64,000 bases of DNA. It comes from Haliotis cracherodii. Its lineage: Eukaryota. The DNA lies in NCBI RefSeq assembly GCF_022045235.1, contig NW_027266267.1, positions 14,942,001 through 15,006,000 of the forward strand. Reading direction: 5' to 3'. The notes under the pieces are model-generated. The model was not told the DNA's origin and did no database searches. It saw only the letters and a program-made list of their open reading frames with translations. A program made the position numbers and the translations under genes. Positions 49,291 to 63,829 of the stretch are shown here, piece after piece (positions within the stretch are counted from its first letter, which is position 1; every line of letters begins with the position of its first letter).

Positions 49291-52200
49291 ATGGATTTTG
49301 CTGCACTGTATGAAGTCAAATGTTTGTAGGTATGATGCAGTTTTATGAACAAATCCAACTTAGTTCCAGATACTTTGATCATTTTGTGAAACATATTTGA
49401 GTTAGAGGGCTTCAATAGTGTTGAATGAAGACTGTTCATAGTTTTTTGTAATGGAACTGAAAATAGGGGGTGATGTTCGACACCATATCTGCAGCAAATG
49501 TCTGTCAGTAAAAATCTCAAAAATTAAAATTAAACAATTTCCAAATTGATGCTACAAGAGTAATGTGTGATATAATGGAGACTTGTGTTTTACATATAAC
49601 AGGACCAATACATAGACAACTGCCTTGTTTTACACTGTTGCATGCAGTGTTCGAATACACTGTGGGATGACTTCTGTAGTCGGGAAAAGAGGAACAAAGT
49701 CTTGATTTTACTCCAATCTAACTGCCAAGGGCAGTTTGAAATCCTTGCTAATCCTGGTACTTACAGATGCTACTGAGCATGTGGTCTCAGTGGAGACTGA
49801 ACACAAGGCTCAGTCAGAAGTTGCAGCTAGGCTGTGTCTACCAATCAAGTACTCATTGAAATTAAAGACAAACTCTTTAGAACATTTCTTTATAAGATTA
49901 AAGATTGTTCCTTCTCTGTAAGTGAACACAGACAGGCACACATGACTTTCCTGTTCTCAACAAAACGTTGTCCTGGGAAAAGGAATGTATCCAAATTTGA
50001 AAAACACATGGCATTTCTGAATCAAAAAGTGTTTATTCAGTTGATTTTTTGCTTACCTGTCTGATTCTGTTGTTTTAGAAGCATACAAAACCCTCCACTG
50101 AATCATGGTGTCATAGCATTCCTGCGTGACTTCATGATGTTTCACAACTGTTAGTGCTACATAGAATTACTTTTAGTATTGAGTGTGCTCATATTGAGAA
50201 GTGCTGTCATGCAGTGTCACTTGGGATATAAACATTATGTGTCTTCAATTTTACCAGTGTTATTGAGTATTTGATGCATGGAAATATTAACCTTTGAAAC
50301 CTCTCTGGTTTACACCATTAGTGCCAAGTATGGTTTCTGTACATCACATAACCAGTATACTTAAGTTCTTGGTATACTCAAACAGTTTCAGCTGTGGGAG
50401 AAATGTCTCAAAACATCTTCGCCCAAGTGCAAGGTAGCAGCTGGTTTCTATGAAAGACATGGCACGTGGTACTTTAACATATCAGCATACATGTGATCTG
50501 TCAGTGACATCCAATACCAGAGCTCCACCTTACAGTATAGCATATGTTTGATGTTTAATGCTGGAGTGGGAACCAGAGGTTTAGAAATGATATCCCACTT
50601 GGTGACAAAAAGCCAATGTAGAATGTGTTTGTTCCATACTGAAGGATTGAAAAGCCTGAGTCTTGTGAAACCGACACGGTGTAACCCCAGTTAAAGGAGA
50701 CTTGAACTTTTGTTGCCTGATTTGTTGTTGAAGATGAGATTACCTTACTGTCTTGCCAGAATCATTTGTTTTTATATTTTGGGGTCCAGACATGAGACAA
50801 GGAGTCAGAGGAGTGATATTTCAGATCAGACAATGTTTACTAGTCCCCAGCTACAGCATGCATAGAAGCTTCATCTGCCAAAGTTCCTCTTTCAATACCC
50901 ACAAGGCTCCACTTAACTACTGATTTGGGTCCAGAGAGGCACAGATAAAAAATCCTAGAAGGGTGAATATTTCAGTGAAAATGTTTGGAGGGTAACTTGC
51001 ATGAAATTTTGATGGCTTTCATTGTAATACTGGTGAGATTAAGAATTATGGTAAAAATTAATTTCCTTAAAGTAAGTTAAAAACAAATACGAAAGATTAT
51101 CCACCTATGTTAGTACTTTTTTGTAAAGATGTATTTAACAAAAGATTAAATGTGAAAAGTCTGGCAATACCTGTCTGTTAAAAAGTCTGTCGTGATAAGT
51201 CAATGATTTTGTTGGGATTAAGCTGTGAATGACAAATGGTCCCAGACTGTATTTATCACATCAATCACATAAACAGATGTGATGGGTAGTTAAAAATGAA
51301 TGAAGGCTTTTTGAAGGTCAAATATTTTAGCTATTATGGTTTGTTTTTTTCTGCCTTACCATTACAACCTATATATACCAAAAACAGTGTCACAAATTCA
51401 AATTGATTCACAGTGATCAAAATAGTTGAATATAAGTGACAAGACCGTTTCCCTGGCCACAAGATATCACTACTGAGAGCAGGGTCTATTGTACAAGTCT
51501 GACTGTGTCATGAGCATGTGGGAGAATTCAGAAGATAAGCTACTCATAATATTTGAAAAATAATAACTTTAGCCTGTTCCCAAATTGCTGAAATTCTGCC
51601 ACTTGTTAAACTGTGAGATTACCTATGCCCACTAGTTCTACTGACACAACACTATAAAAAGGAGGCTTTAACCATGTCTAAGCGTAATTATGAAGAATTT
51701 ACATTAATTTTTGTGTTGTTTTTGTGTATTATTTAATTGATTTGGAAAATAAAAAGATAAAATAAAACTAAATGCAAATCAAATACTATAATATTGTAGT
51801 TTCTCTGGTGGATGAAGAAAACAAACATTTTTCTGAGTCCTCTGATTATTTGTTATGGTTGCAGTGGTAAGCTTCGTGCTTTAAACAATGTAGCTTTATC
51901 AATTTTGACACATGGGTCTGGTATTGTATAACATAATGTACCCGGTATTACTTGATGCCAAATATTCATGATTTGTAAAGTGAACAATTGGAAGTACATT
52001 CCAGATTGTGAAGCCTGGAGGAAGTAATAGTTGATGCATTTTAGATATGATAGATAATAGATTTATTTGTATGTCATGATAGAAAGAAAAATTAAGAAAA
52101 GGAAATTTTGTAGAGAAAGAAACCTAAAATCTGTCAATTCTAGCAAATAAAATCCTGTAAACCATTCTAAAGTACTGAGGGACAAATGAGATTAAATTAA

Positions 52201-52450
52201 ATGCAGTAAGGTCGATTGATGCATCAAAGTTAAAATCAAATAAAATGTTTTAGATATTTTTTATTTTTTTGTAACGTGAATAAAGCTTTATGTTACCTTT
52301 CTTTAACAGTAATCTTAATAAAACAGATGTAATTCATATTTAGTTTAATGATATTTTTACATCCATTTAATTGATCCCCCAAATATAGTTAAATATAAAG
52401 AACTGCCCCACATTATTGTATTAGTAGTAGAAGTTTAGATGAAGTCTTAC

Positions 52451-52532
52451 CTGTGAAATGTCCCTGAATGTAATGAGAGAGCCCCGCTGAAGTGGTCCTA
52501 ATCTACTGGCTGCGAACGGGCTACTCGCAACA
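52451..52532 (-). other. Candidate non-coding exon 1 of the nested neuropeptide-like gene
   Basis: ATG-free ~82 nt from an Inr-like TCTGTT to a strong donor CAG|GTAAGA; splicing to 39109 gives CAGG-ATG with A at -3. Confidence 0.55.
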
Positions 52533-52716
52533 GAGTCCCAGTGTTAGAACCACCAATTTATAGACAATCCAAGTTATTATGTCACTTGCCGACAAGGCAG
52601 GAGATAGGGCCACAAGGCATCCTGAAGCTACATCCACGCCTTGCTGTTAGTGGTGGAGGCTGGTCACGCACGTCACAGCAGCCAGGCCTGGAGGGGAGGG
52701 GAGGGGAGGGGAGGGG
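52530..52716 (-). promoter_or_regulatory. Candidate core promoter of the nested gene (TATA box, CRE-like site, pyrimidine tract)
   Basis: TATAAAT at 52562-52556, 30 nt upstream of the Inr-like site; TGACGT at 52675-52670; (CCCCT)n at 52689-52716. Confidence 0.55.
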
Positions 52717-55695
52717 ATGTGTAGTGGGCAGCCACTGACCACTGCTGGGATGCTCTTGCTGGAACAACAGGATCAATACAGGGTAGCACAAGTGCTTGGC
52801 AATGGTTAGAGTGGTATTTTCAAAGTTGTATATGCCCATGAGTCCCATGTCAGTCTTTGTTTATGGTAATGTATTGTCCTAAGTTGTTTCACCCTTCTCA
52901 GTATCAGCTGAATTAGTGTTAATTTTTATGACAGACATCTTTTTGGGTCTACATTTCAAAAACAACAAGTCCCAAAAGATCAAATCTTTGTTTAGGTTTG
53001 TGCTACAAACCATGGTCAGCACAGAAACTCTTCCATTTAAGAGCGATGTTGAAGATATCTATAAAAAAATTGCAACTTCCTCACAGAAACTAAAAAAACA
53101 ACTGTTCTGCCACACTAATACTTTTTTAGCGGGGGCTTCTGTAACATGTTGATATTCCCAGTAATTTCTACCCGACTTCAAAGGGAAAAGAAAACAAAGA
53201 AGCAATATCTGCTTGTGACAAAGACACAGTGAAGCTTTTATGGCAGTTTCAATAAAGTTTTCCAAAACATTTTTCTTGATCTATCTTTTTTTCTTTTAGA
53301 AAGTTATTTCTGTTGGATTCAGTTGAAGAAGCTACCTGATTTAACTCAAAGTTTAATCTGTGACCGAAAGTACTGGTACTTCTGAAAAATGAATGATCTC
53401 TTGTCATATAATGTACTTCTCATGAGGGAGCTTATTAGGCCAGGTTATCCAATCAATAGTATGATTTGTGAGTGTGTGCGTCCTCTTGACTGGCCTGATA
53501 GCAGCGTGGTGGGAGGTAATTAGCTCCACCGTCTCACATGGCCTTCCCCTCCCACACTCCACCCAACGGACCATACTGTCATTCTTTCCTGGCGGCACAT
53601 TTTTGTCCTTATTAATTTGTCCCTCAAACTGAAAGGTTGAATCTGGTGGACTTTACTAGATCAAGGATGCCTCAGAGTTGATTTTAATTTGCAGACGTGT
53701 ATGGAAAAAAAGAAATGTGTGGTTAAAATAGAGATTTTTATGAAGCTGTTCCTTTCGAAAAAAACTGGTCTTTTGAAAGTCTTGACAGCTGCCTGATTTA
53801 AAGGTTGATTGATCGCAAGTATGGATTGTGGGATAAATATGATTGTCATCTTAATCTATTTCTGAAAAGGAAACATATTTTGAAGTTGTTTACTCAGCTG
53901 AAGAAAGGAATCTTATGGCTATGGCTAACCTTACTTCTGTAGTTAAACATTGTCATATTTTGTCTACTATCAGTCAGTCAGTTATCAATCTGTCAGTTAA
54001 GAAAGGAAATCTTGATCCTTTGAGGGGGTAATGATGGTATTAGTGCTTTGAACATGCTTCAACGGATGGGCTATTGCACATTACAAATATCCATTTATTA
54101 TTATTATTGTTTTTATTATATACAGATTAAAATAAAAACATACAGCAAAAATGGTTAGGGTCATCCTGGTAGCGTCAGGCTGGTTAGGCTCATCATCAGC
54201 CAAGGCCCCTTCTACACACAGCCAAGACAGCGAATTGGACTTCTCCCAGGAAGCACTGCCTGGTCAAACCCACCCAGAATGTTTTGGAGAATGTGAAGAC
54301 TTCCAATCACTGCAGCCTTCTGCATTACCCATATTGTCAGAAGGGTTGTATTCCTGGCAGCAAACCCGGTACTCTCCCGATGTCAGTCAACAGATTGGGA
54401 GGTACTTGGGACAACTTTGTACTTGGGATGCAACGTGACATTTGGAAAGCAGGATCCACATATTTTCCATGCATGCTTCAAGACTCTCAGTCTCTCAAAT
54501 GCTTAGACTGAGAAAGTTGTTAATCTCAATGTAAGGTTTTTTTAATTGTTTCATAACATGATGGTGGTACTGAGATTCAGATAATTAGCGGTCTTGGGAG
54601 ATGTTGCTGATTTATGGTATTGTCCAAATATGGCCGTAGTCACCAGTGGTTTTTCTCATGTCTGCTCGGTAAATTTTATTGACATTGGAAGATATCCTTC
54701 CAAGGTCAAGGTCAGGTGATAGAAACTTGTCACTAAAGTGGTTACGTGTTCTCCAAAATGTCTTAACAGTTTTCATATCAATAAACTTACTATCAACTTT
54801 CTTGAGGATGGAGCAAAACTGTTGAGATTTTCAGTTAGTAGGGTATCACTACGTATACAGGCATTAACTTTGTATTACTAGTTATCCTAACAAATCTTTG
54901 TGCCATTCAGAGTGCCAGTGAACTGTCTATCAAAGGTCAAGGTCATCTTTGAGGTTATTGTGAAAAGTGGTATCTTTCAATGGCAGTTGCATTTTCTCTT
55001 ACTTTTACTTTTACTCATACAATCCTTTGCTTTAATAATTGTTGAGACATGGCCTTGAGAAAGGTCATGATGAGGCAGTAAGGATTCAAACTGGTGGTAT
55101 GTTATTTGAGGAATTACATAAAGAGCGGGCTGCTTCCATTGCAAGTTTGTACAAACACCACTTGGATAGATATTTTGTAGGGAAATGCATTTCCTTAGAA
55201 CCGAAAACAACTACCTACAAATATTGATGTTTCAGTTTGAATGAAAGCACTGAGATTGCAACCCTAAGTTCTGCACCACGGCTGAGGTTTGAATCATGGC
55301 CTGTACAGTAGTTATGACCTCTCTGTCTACCCACCTCCACTCAATATTCAGCACTTTATGTTGTACAATATGTTCAGTACTCATGGAGAACAATATATTC
55401 AGTAGTTAATGCCCTGTCTGACAAGCCAAGACAGGCATGGTGATAGAAAATGACCCCAACTGTTACTAATGATATCGTCAAGCTGATGATTTCTACATTA
55501 TCTGTGGCAGCTTGTCAACATATAGTGGCTGCCATGGCCTCTGGATCTGAGCAGAGATTGTTTGGGACTTTGTTGTGGACACTGGCTCTCCACTGGGATA
55601 TCCATGAAGCAGAGGGAGAGACTCTGACAAGTGTAGATCTTGAAAACAGGTTACTGCCTGCTCCATTGCATTGATAATCTGTATATGTCCAATAA

Positions 55696-55954
55696 TGAGT
55701 GAGTGAGTTGGGTTTAATGCCGCTTTTAACAGTATTCCAGTCATATCACGGCGTGTCAGCTTAATGTAGGAGGTCTCAGACGTTTACCACTTCGGAGAAA
55801 CCCACGAGCACGGGTATGGTGCTGACAAACCTAGAAACATAATCGGGGCGAACCGGTATTCGAACCCACAATCATAGGTTTCTGGCGTGCCTTAGGGACG
55901 CAACTCTGCACAGCGAATCTCGGCGCCTTAGACGACAGGGCCACCTGTGCTCCC
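55696..55954 (-). mobile_element. SINE family B copy
   Basis: Closely matches 24484-24751. Confidence 0.87.
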
Positions 55955-58540
55955 GTATGTATCCAATAAAATCAATATAAGTATAATGGTGTTGACAAGG
56001 CAAACTTGATTCAAAGTCAGACAGTTCACTGAAAGTAGTTTTTATTAAAAATATATCAGTTAGCTTTGACACCATAGATTTGATTAATTCATCAATTAAG
56101 ATTAACTGATCAGAAATGTTACTTAAAAAAACCGAAATGCAGCTTTTCTGATCAATGTTATTTCACATTCAACACAAAGTCGACTTGATCATTTGCAGTT
56201 TGCTTTTTTAGCAACCCTGTGGCATGATCTTTTGAAATATTTTTCTTGCCCTAATGGCCTCAATGTCCTGTTGATAATGCTAGCTGTGTGAGCATGTTCA
56301 GTGGTCTGTGTGCAAGCAGTCCCTGGGCTGAAGAACACCAGGGAAATATCCGTCAGTGAGGTTTGGGGTTGGAACTCAGGAGTGTGAAATTGCTTCTGTT
56401 GCTGGTGTAATGACAAGCTCCCCTCAAGAGGCTGTGTCCCGCTGAGATACTGCTTGGTGCTGTTGATTCCAGTTGCAGTGATATATTGTATCTCTGATTG
56501 TGACTGTTGCCATGTTATTTAAGATGAAAGAAGCCTAGGTCCATGTAATTCCTAGGATATTGTCATAGCATGGTATTTTATTGTAAACTAACAAGTAGTT
56601 GTTTAAGGAAGAATGACATATGAATAATGAACAATTTTGGTTGCGTTTTGCCACACCTATGTGACTAAAAATGAAACTGTGAGATGAAAAGAATTTTATG
56701 GAATGTAACTTTAAACAATATGTTTCCCCAAATGATTGAATATAATGATGTGCTATAGTACATGACTATATCATGATCATACAGATAAATACAAGTTATC
56801 GAGGGAATGAAGACCAGGTGTTTGTAATCTGAATCTGTTTCATGACTTTGATAACAATGTTTCAACATTTAAAGGGTTAAATATGTAAATTCTCAATGTA
56901 TTGCAGCACCAGGAAACCCGATTGTACCCAACTGGCCAACTTTAGACCATATAGCCTATCTGGATGTTAAAAACGTTGTATCCATTCTGTTACACAACAG
57001 AACACTAATGTTAATGAAATTGGATCACAGTGACCTTCACCAGTTTCATGTTAAAGGCACCAGAGATATGGAGCAGGTCAATTATGGTGACATGATTATA
57101 ATCAATAATCAAGTTAATTTTCTACTTTTACACCAGCAATCTACCTCCATAATCCCCCTTGTACATGGGAGGGGCAGTCATAAGGTATGATCAGTGAGTG
57201 CTTGTTAATGGAGGCTGTTTAGCTAGGAAATGGAATCAGTGGGATTGTAGGATGGTCTCTGTATTGGGGCAGTGGTAGGCGGAATGACTCAATGGTTGCC
57301 AACTTTTTACAGGGATAGCTTCCATAGGTATCATTACCAACAAGAGTGCCTCCATAAAGAAGTGGTTAGATTAGGGTGTGAGGGGTTAGAAGATAGGCTT
57401 GTGATGGCCAAATGGCAGCCATCTGTAGGAAGTGTTGTCCTGGCATGTGTATCATTGTGGGTGGGTCTCTCCCCACAGTCCTCCTCATGTTGGGGGGATG
57501 CAGGAAAGTGCTGGGGCCCTTAGTTTGTTTCAAATTACATGTCAGTGTTCCTGGCTACTGGTGCTGTGTTTGAAATGAGGTTAATGGACTTCCGAACATT
57601 CCCTGTTGGTAGGCCACTTTTAACCACCCATTTCAATGACAAAATAGGGATTGCAAGGTTTTGACATTTATTTTTTTTGTCAATCACCACATGCACTATC
57701 TGTGTGAAAAATAGAATACTTTTGAAGAAGGTAGGATTGGCTGACTTGATGTATTACTAGAATGTTGAAGCCATCTAATCTTGGCATGTTCGCTGTGCCC
57801 AGCTGTTTAAAAGTGCAATGTTGGTGTGACTTCATTAATGAAAATTCCTTGTATTTGAGACTCAGAGTGCCAATTAGAAAATCATTATGTATCAGGTTTT
57901 GGAAATCATATGTCTTTTATAACAATCTTCCTGACAATGTTTATTTCATGAAACCATAGATAATTTTACTTTTACACAAATAAATGTGACAAACAAAATT
58001 ATGAACATGTTTAATGCACCGTATGATTCACAAATAACTTTGAGTATGATTAATCTCAATGAAAAGGAAAGTGGAAAACTCTCTGTATTGCAAAACCTTA
58101 TTATCTAGCCTTGCTGAAATGACATTTGCCAAGTTTGAAGATGGATAAAATGTGTTTTCTTGTTGGCATACTTAAATTCCATAGGGCTCACTTAGACATC
58201 TTTATGTCCAGTTGAAAACTTGAAAATAAATGCATTTCTATTCCTGGACTTAGCGCAACCTTGATCCTGGTCATTGAAAGAAATACTATGTTCAGTGCTC
58301 AGGTCTTAGCTGGAATAACACCACTGGGACCTGGTGATGATTAAGTTCAGTAAAATTCTTTTGAAAGCAATGGAGTAAAAATACATGATTATTGTGAAAT
58401 GGTTAGATTGGCAAGATGTTGCTGAGATAGGATCTCATTCACTTATGTATCGACTCATCACAAATATACACCTGACAATACAAGATACTCTCACCCATGT
58501 AGCAATTCATGTTATTTTTTATTTTGTTAACTAATAGTCA

Positions 58541-58845
58541 GGGGGGCATGGGTGGCCCAGTCATCTAAGGTGCTGTGCAGAGATGCGTCCCTTGGGCATG
58601 CCAGAAACCTATGATTGTGGGTTCGAATCCCGGTTCGCCCCGATAATGTTTCTAGGGTTGTCAGCACCATACCCGTGCTCGTGGGTAAAAAGTCTGAGAC
58701 CTGTATTACTTCGGGCTTTCCTCTCACGTTAAGCTGACATGCTGTGATATAACTGGAATAATGTTAAAAGCGGCGTTAAACCCAAACTCACTCACTCACT
58801 CACTCACTCACTCACTCACTCACTCACTCACTCACTCACTCACTC
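58541..58845 (+). mobile_element. SINE family B copy with long (CACT)n tail and TSD
   Basis: tRNA-like head, B box GGTTCGAATCCC; CTAATAGTCAGG repeated on both flanks. Confidence 0.9.
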
Positions 58846-59244
58846 AATAACTCTAATAGTCAGGTCTGCCTATGTTGTGATCTGTAGGTCCGCTGCCAAC
58901 CGTCCTATCAAGATGCCACTTGACCATTGAAGTTGAAGCTTCACCTTCTTGTTCCCACCATTGATGACACCAATATTTATCAAATGTGTTTGACTGCAAG
59001 TTTATGCCTCCATGAACACAAAAAGATATTGAAGTAATGCTTAAGTACACGAAAACTCAAGTAGCGTGTGTAGGAAGGAAATGAATACTGGCCATGACAT
59101 ATAGAAGATTGATTTGTCAATAACACAGAGGCTTTGGACCCGGCAAGCATTTAAAATATGGAGAATATAGCAGTTATAGCCCTTTTGTTGTACTTACTTT
59201 GTGTTTTATTGAAACATGTTACAATACTTGTCCTGGTTCCGTGT

Positions 59245-60005
59245 ATTACATCAGGTCAGTCATTATACCTCTACTGGGGACCTCTGAACATCAGGTCAGT
59301 CATTATACCTCTACTGGGGACCTCTGAACATCAGGTCAGTCATTATACCTCTACTGGGGACCTCTGAACATCAGGTCAGTCATTATACCTCTACTGGGGA
59401 CCCCTGAACATCAGGTCAGTCATTATACCTCTACTGGGGACCTCTGAACATCAGGTCAGTCATTATACCTCTACTGGGGACCTCTGAACATCAGGTCAGT
59501 CATTATACCTCTACTGGGGACCTCCGAACATCAGGTCAGTCATTATACCTCTACTGGGGACCTCTGAACATCAGGTCAGTCATTATACCTCTACTGGGGA
59601 CCTCTGAACATCAGGTCAGTCATTATACCTCTACTGGGGACCTCCGAACATCAGGTCAGTCATTATACCTCTACCAGGGACCTCCGAACATCAGGTCAGT
59701 CATTATACCTCTACTGGGGACCTCTGAACATCAGGTCAGTCATTATACCTCTACTGGGGACCTCCGATCATCAGGTCAGTCATTATACCTCTACTGGGGA
59801 CCTCTGAACATCAGGTCAATCATTATACCTCTACTGGGGACCTCTGAACATCAGGTCAGTCATTATACCTCTACTGGGGACCTCTGAACATCAGGTCAGT
59901 CATTATACCTCTACCGGGGACCTCTGAACATCAGGTCAGTCATTATACCTCTACTGGGGACCTCTGAACATCAGGTCAATCATTATACCTCTACTGGGGA
60001 CCTCC
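59245..60005. repeat. 40-bp minisatellite (~19 highly homogeneous copies)
   Basis: Unit CATCAGGTCAGTCATTATACCTCTACTGGGGACCTCTGAA. Confidence 0.96.
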
Positions 60006-62554
60006 AAACTTTCAGCTTGGAATACGGAAGTGTGCGTCATGAGACGACTTGACACTGTGAGTGACCATGCTCACAACTGACCCCTGGTTTTCATGTCCAC
60101 ATTACTGACCATGAAATAATCTGTTGAAATGATTTGAGATGATGAACTTTCTCAATTTCTCACTTTCTTCAATGACAGAATTACATGGTGAATAGATGTA
60201 GATGGCTTCAGATTGAAAAATGATGGCAATTCATTCCAAACAGAAAAAATACATAAAAAAGCATCTAGTAGTTGGTAAATCAAAGTTTATTTCTGTTTAA
60301 GAAGTTTTTAAACCATAGTTTAGTGTTTGTGACTGCATTTAAAATGTTGTTTTGTTGAGTGCTATAGACGTGTATGTAGCTGCTTGCATGAAGATTTGTG
60401 AGGTCAACAAAGATGGTAAGTTTCTTCTGATGATTGGCAAGGCAATTACATCTCTAGCCATGATAGCTTGTGCCTTATAAGAGTCATCTCTAGTATGTAT
60501 TATTCACTTCAATAAGAAAAAGGCAAGTTTTGTTGAATAAGCCAGCAAGGTTTTCTTCTTAGAAACTGTTCTTTCTTTGAAGCAAATGCATATTTGGGAG
60601 AATCAAACCTTGACATTTAGGGATTTTAGCCCAAACAGCTTTTCTAAGTCCCAAGTGTGTGTTGAGGTTGTGAAGTGGTGTGAGTAATATTGTTGCTAAC
60701 ATCCCACCCACACTTAACAGCCAGAGGGTTTCACACTGGCCATTGTGGCAGTAAATGCATACTCTGGGAGAACCACTTCCTGAGGAAATGGACAGCACTG
60801 GCCGACAACACACACACAATCAGCCCAGTGAGCTATTGTACAATCACCACAGTCAAGCTGTGAGCTTCGTAATTCACTATCAAAGGGCGTGATGGGATAG
60901 CGTGGGGGTTGTGGAGAGAGTATTAGTGAAGGATAAAAGCCTCATAATTTGAAGTAGGTGTGTAGGATAGAATCAAGGGGATACCTACTGCTACTTTTGA
61001 TAAATTGTCCTTCATTTGTTCCACTACATTAGTGTTGATCTTCTGACTAAAACATTGAATCACATGTTGGAATATCTGAAGAACTATTCATTATTCTTAG
61101 TTTCACAGTTGTGATCTATTTAATGAATGTTATTGATGTCATTGAATTTGCTTACCTCTGAAGAATGTTGATAAATTGGACTCTGATGACAGTGTTGCCT
61201 GTCAATGAAACTTTGTACGGGTCATCCTTGAAGCAGGGCAGTGTTCTGAGCTGTGAGGGAAGTTATTCATAAAGCATGGTTGTTATTTTCTTTTTTCTGC
61301 AGAATTTTTAAATGTCTTACTCATGTAGTGTAGGGGAATTACTGTAGGTCAGTGGAACTTGGTACATGTCAGTGCCTACTGTATTCAGTTGGAGGTCTCT
61401 CCGTTTTGTAAAATATTGTATTGTTTGCTTCTATGGCTGTTTTAAGATGTTGACAACATGTCCAGGTGAGCTACTTTTTTTAATTGTAATTGTTTTATTC
61501 ACAAAAAGTGTTACACAGAACTATTTACAGAGAGAGGGAGAAAAAAGAATTACCACTATTTTACAAATATATCCATATCCATACTCATTCATACACATAC
61601 GCATGCATATATACAAATAAATATTTACACTGTATGTAATGACCGAAGTCGAAAAGCTTTGTAAACGTAGACTGCTAGATTTCTTATTTTAAAGTTAGTG
61701 GAGGACATTAAATTTATTTTTAGGACATTTAGAAGGGGTTGTAAAATATTTAGGAGGAATGTATTCAGCATTGAGCTACTTTGCCATGGCAAGGTAACAT
61801 TAAGAATAAATTGCAGATTATTTGGCAAAAGTGAATTATTGTTAAATGTTCCTCATGAAGCCTTTCAACTGAAAATAGGTATTCACTCAGACAGATAATC
61901 AGATATTCCTCGTAGGTCAGTTTCTATATATCCTTCAGAATATTTCGCTTATTTTCATTTTTTGATAATGTCAATATAGTGTCTGAAACATGCACTAAGG
62001 TCACATTTCTCAGGTAGCTTTTCATTGAACTTTCAAACATTTCTTTTAAAACCAACTCAAATCTTGTAGCCTTCTACTGAAGGAAGCCGAACACATTGAC
62101 TTGGACCGATATATGAGTGGTAGCACTTAGTGTGTGATAATTCAACAGAAAGATGGATATTCGTGACCAGCAGTTATCAATTTGCATGTATCACAGTAAA
62201 CTTGATTTTGGTAAAATGGCTAAAATCAACAGCTATTCATGTGGTGGTGTGAGCGAGGGAGGCACATTGATGTGTGGGAGTAGTTTAGCCTCTTTAGACA
62301 GGAAATTGATCAGTAAATGATGAATGAATTGCTGAGTTCTAATCTAATATATATGTGAATAATATGAAGTGCATGTTGGTGACATTGGTTCACATCTCCC
62401 TCTGGTTCTGGTACTTTCAAGGACATACGCTATCACAAACTGTCAATGACAAACTTCAGCCAACATTGTGCTGTCAAGTCAGAATTCTCTACACAGCATG
62501 TTTCCTGGATTCCATTTTGTAGATGCAAAAAACAAATTAAATCTAAATTGATGA

Positions 62555-62975
62555 ATGTTTGAGGTGAACACAGTAGAACATAATTCATTCCAACTGCACA
62601 GTTTCCTGAATGTTTGAGAGATAAAAAGCATAATTCATTCCAGCTGCACAGTTTCCTCAATGTTTGAGAGACGAACACATAATTCATCCCGACTGCACAG
62701 TTTCCTGAATATTTGAGAGACGAACACATAATTCATCCCGACTGCACAGTTTCCTGAATATTTGAGAGATGAACACATAATTCATCCCGACTGCACAGTT
62801 TCCTGAATATTTGAGAGATGAACACATAATTCATCCCTACTGCACAGTTTCCTGAATGTTTGAGAGACGAACACATAATTCATCCCGACTGCACAGTTTC
62901 CTGAATGTTTGAGAGACAAACACATAATTCATCCAGACTGCACAGTTTCCTGAATGTTTGAGAGACGAACACGTA
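62555..62975. repeat. 49-bp minisatellite (~8 copies)
   Basis: Unit GAACACATAATTCATCCCGACTGCACAGTTTCCTGAATRTTTGAGAGAC. Confidence 0.93.
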
Positions 62976-63117
62976 ATAGTTTCGTATTATTGCATACTAA
63001 CCGTATTGTTTTGCCTTTAGTTGCATTCAATGAGATCACATGTATTGAATCACTTGAACTTTGCCTCTTGAGCACTGTACCCTGCCAGTAACATGTGTAT
63101 TTGTGTTGTTCTTGTAG

Positions 63118-63230
63118 GGAAGTATGTGGGGAATCGGCCCATCAAGCTGAGGAAGAGCTCATGGAAGGACAGACAGATCGATGTTGTGAGGAAGAAGGAC
63201 AAGGAGAAGAAGAGGTTAGGACTCAGATGA
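63118..63230 (+). CDS. RBM42: RBM42 coding exon 5 (end of RRM; total CDS 1176 nt, 391 aa)
   Basis: Acceptor gttcttgtag|GG; GKYVGNRPIKLRKSSWKDRQIDVVRKKDKEKKRLGLR* is the characteristic RBM42 C-terminus. Confidence 0.96.
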
Positions 63231-63829
63231 GACGTGCTGGACAGATGTCATTCAGGGTGGACATTTGTGTCACTCAGGGGAAGGGGAGTTTTTAGAGGGA
63301 CGTCACACTTGGGGTGGGGGGGCACAGTCAAGTCAATTAGTGGATGGTATGACCATCTTCAAAGGGAGGGCAGTGAACAGCTTGGCCAGAAGGACATTTG
63401 CCATTCAGTGGAACATAAACATCATTCAGGGCAATGACATGGATGTCCATCAGTGAGGGTCATCATACCATGGAGGATGAGGACTTTGCTGGACGCATTG
63501 TTGTGGACATCATTCACAGGAGATACATTGTCATCATTAAGGTGAACATGGAACTGCTTCTGTACTGTGACGTGAACACCATTCTTGAGAGGTCAGTGTG
63601 CTGTGCATTGCAGCGCCGAAGTTAGCATTGATGAGAATTGTGCAAAGTTAAGATCGATTTTTTCACAGGAATTATGTTGGGATAGTGAGATTTGAAATCA
63701 AGAAACAAGCAAATGTTTAATTTCAACATTAAATAAGTAAATGATTTATATTCATGAAGAGTAGACATTATTATTTCAGAGTGCAAGATGTTTCAAATCA
63801 TGTGACTGCTGATCCAAGGTGCTTTGAGG

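Noticed and set aside
59245-60005. 40-bp array as a possible CRISPR
   Set aside because: Units are contiguous with no unique spacers; it is an ordinary minisatellite (same for the 42-, 49- and 65-bp arrays).
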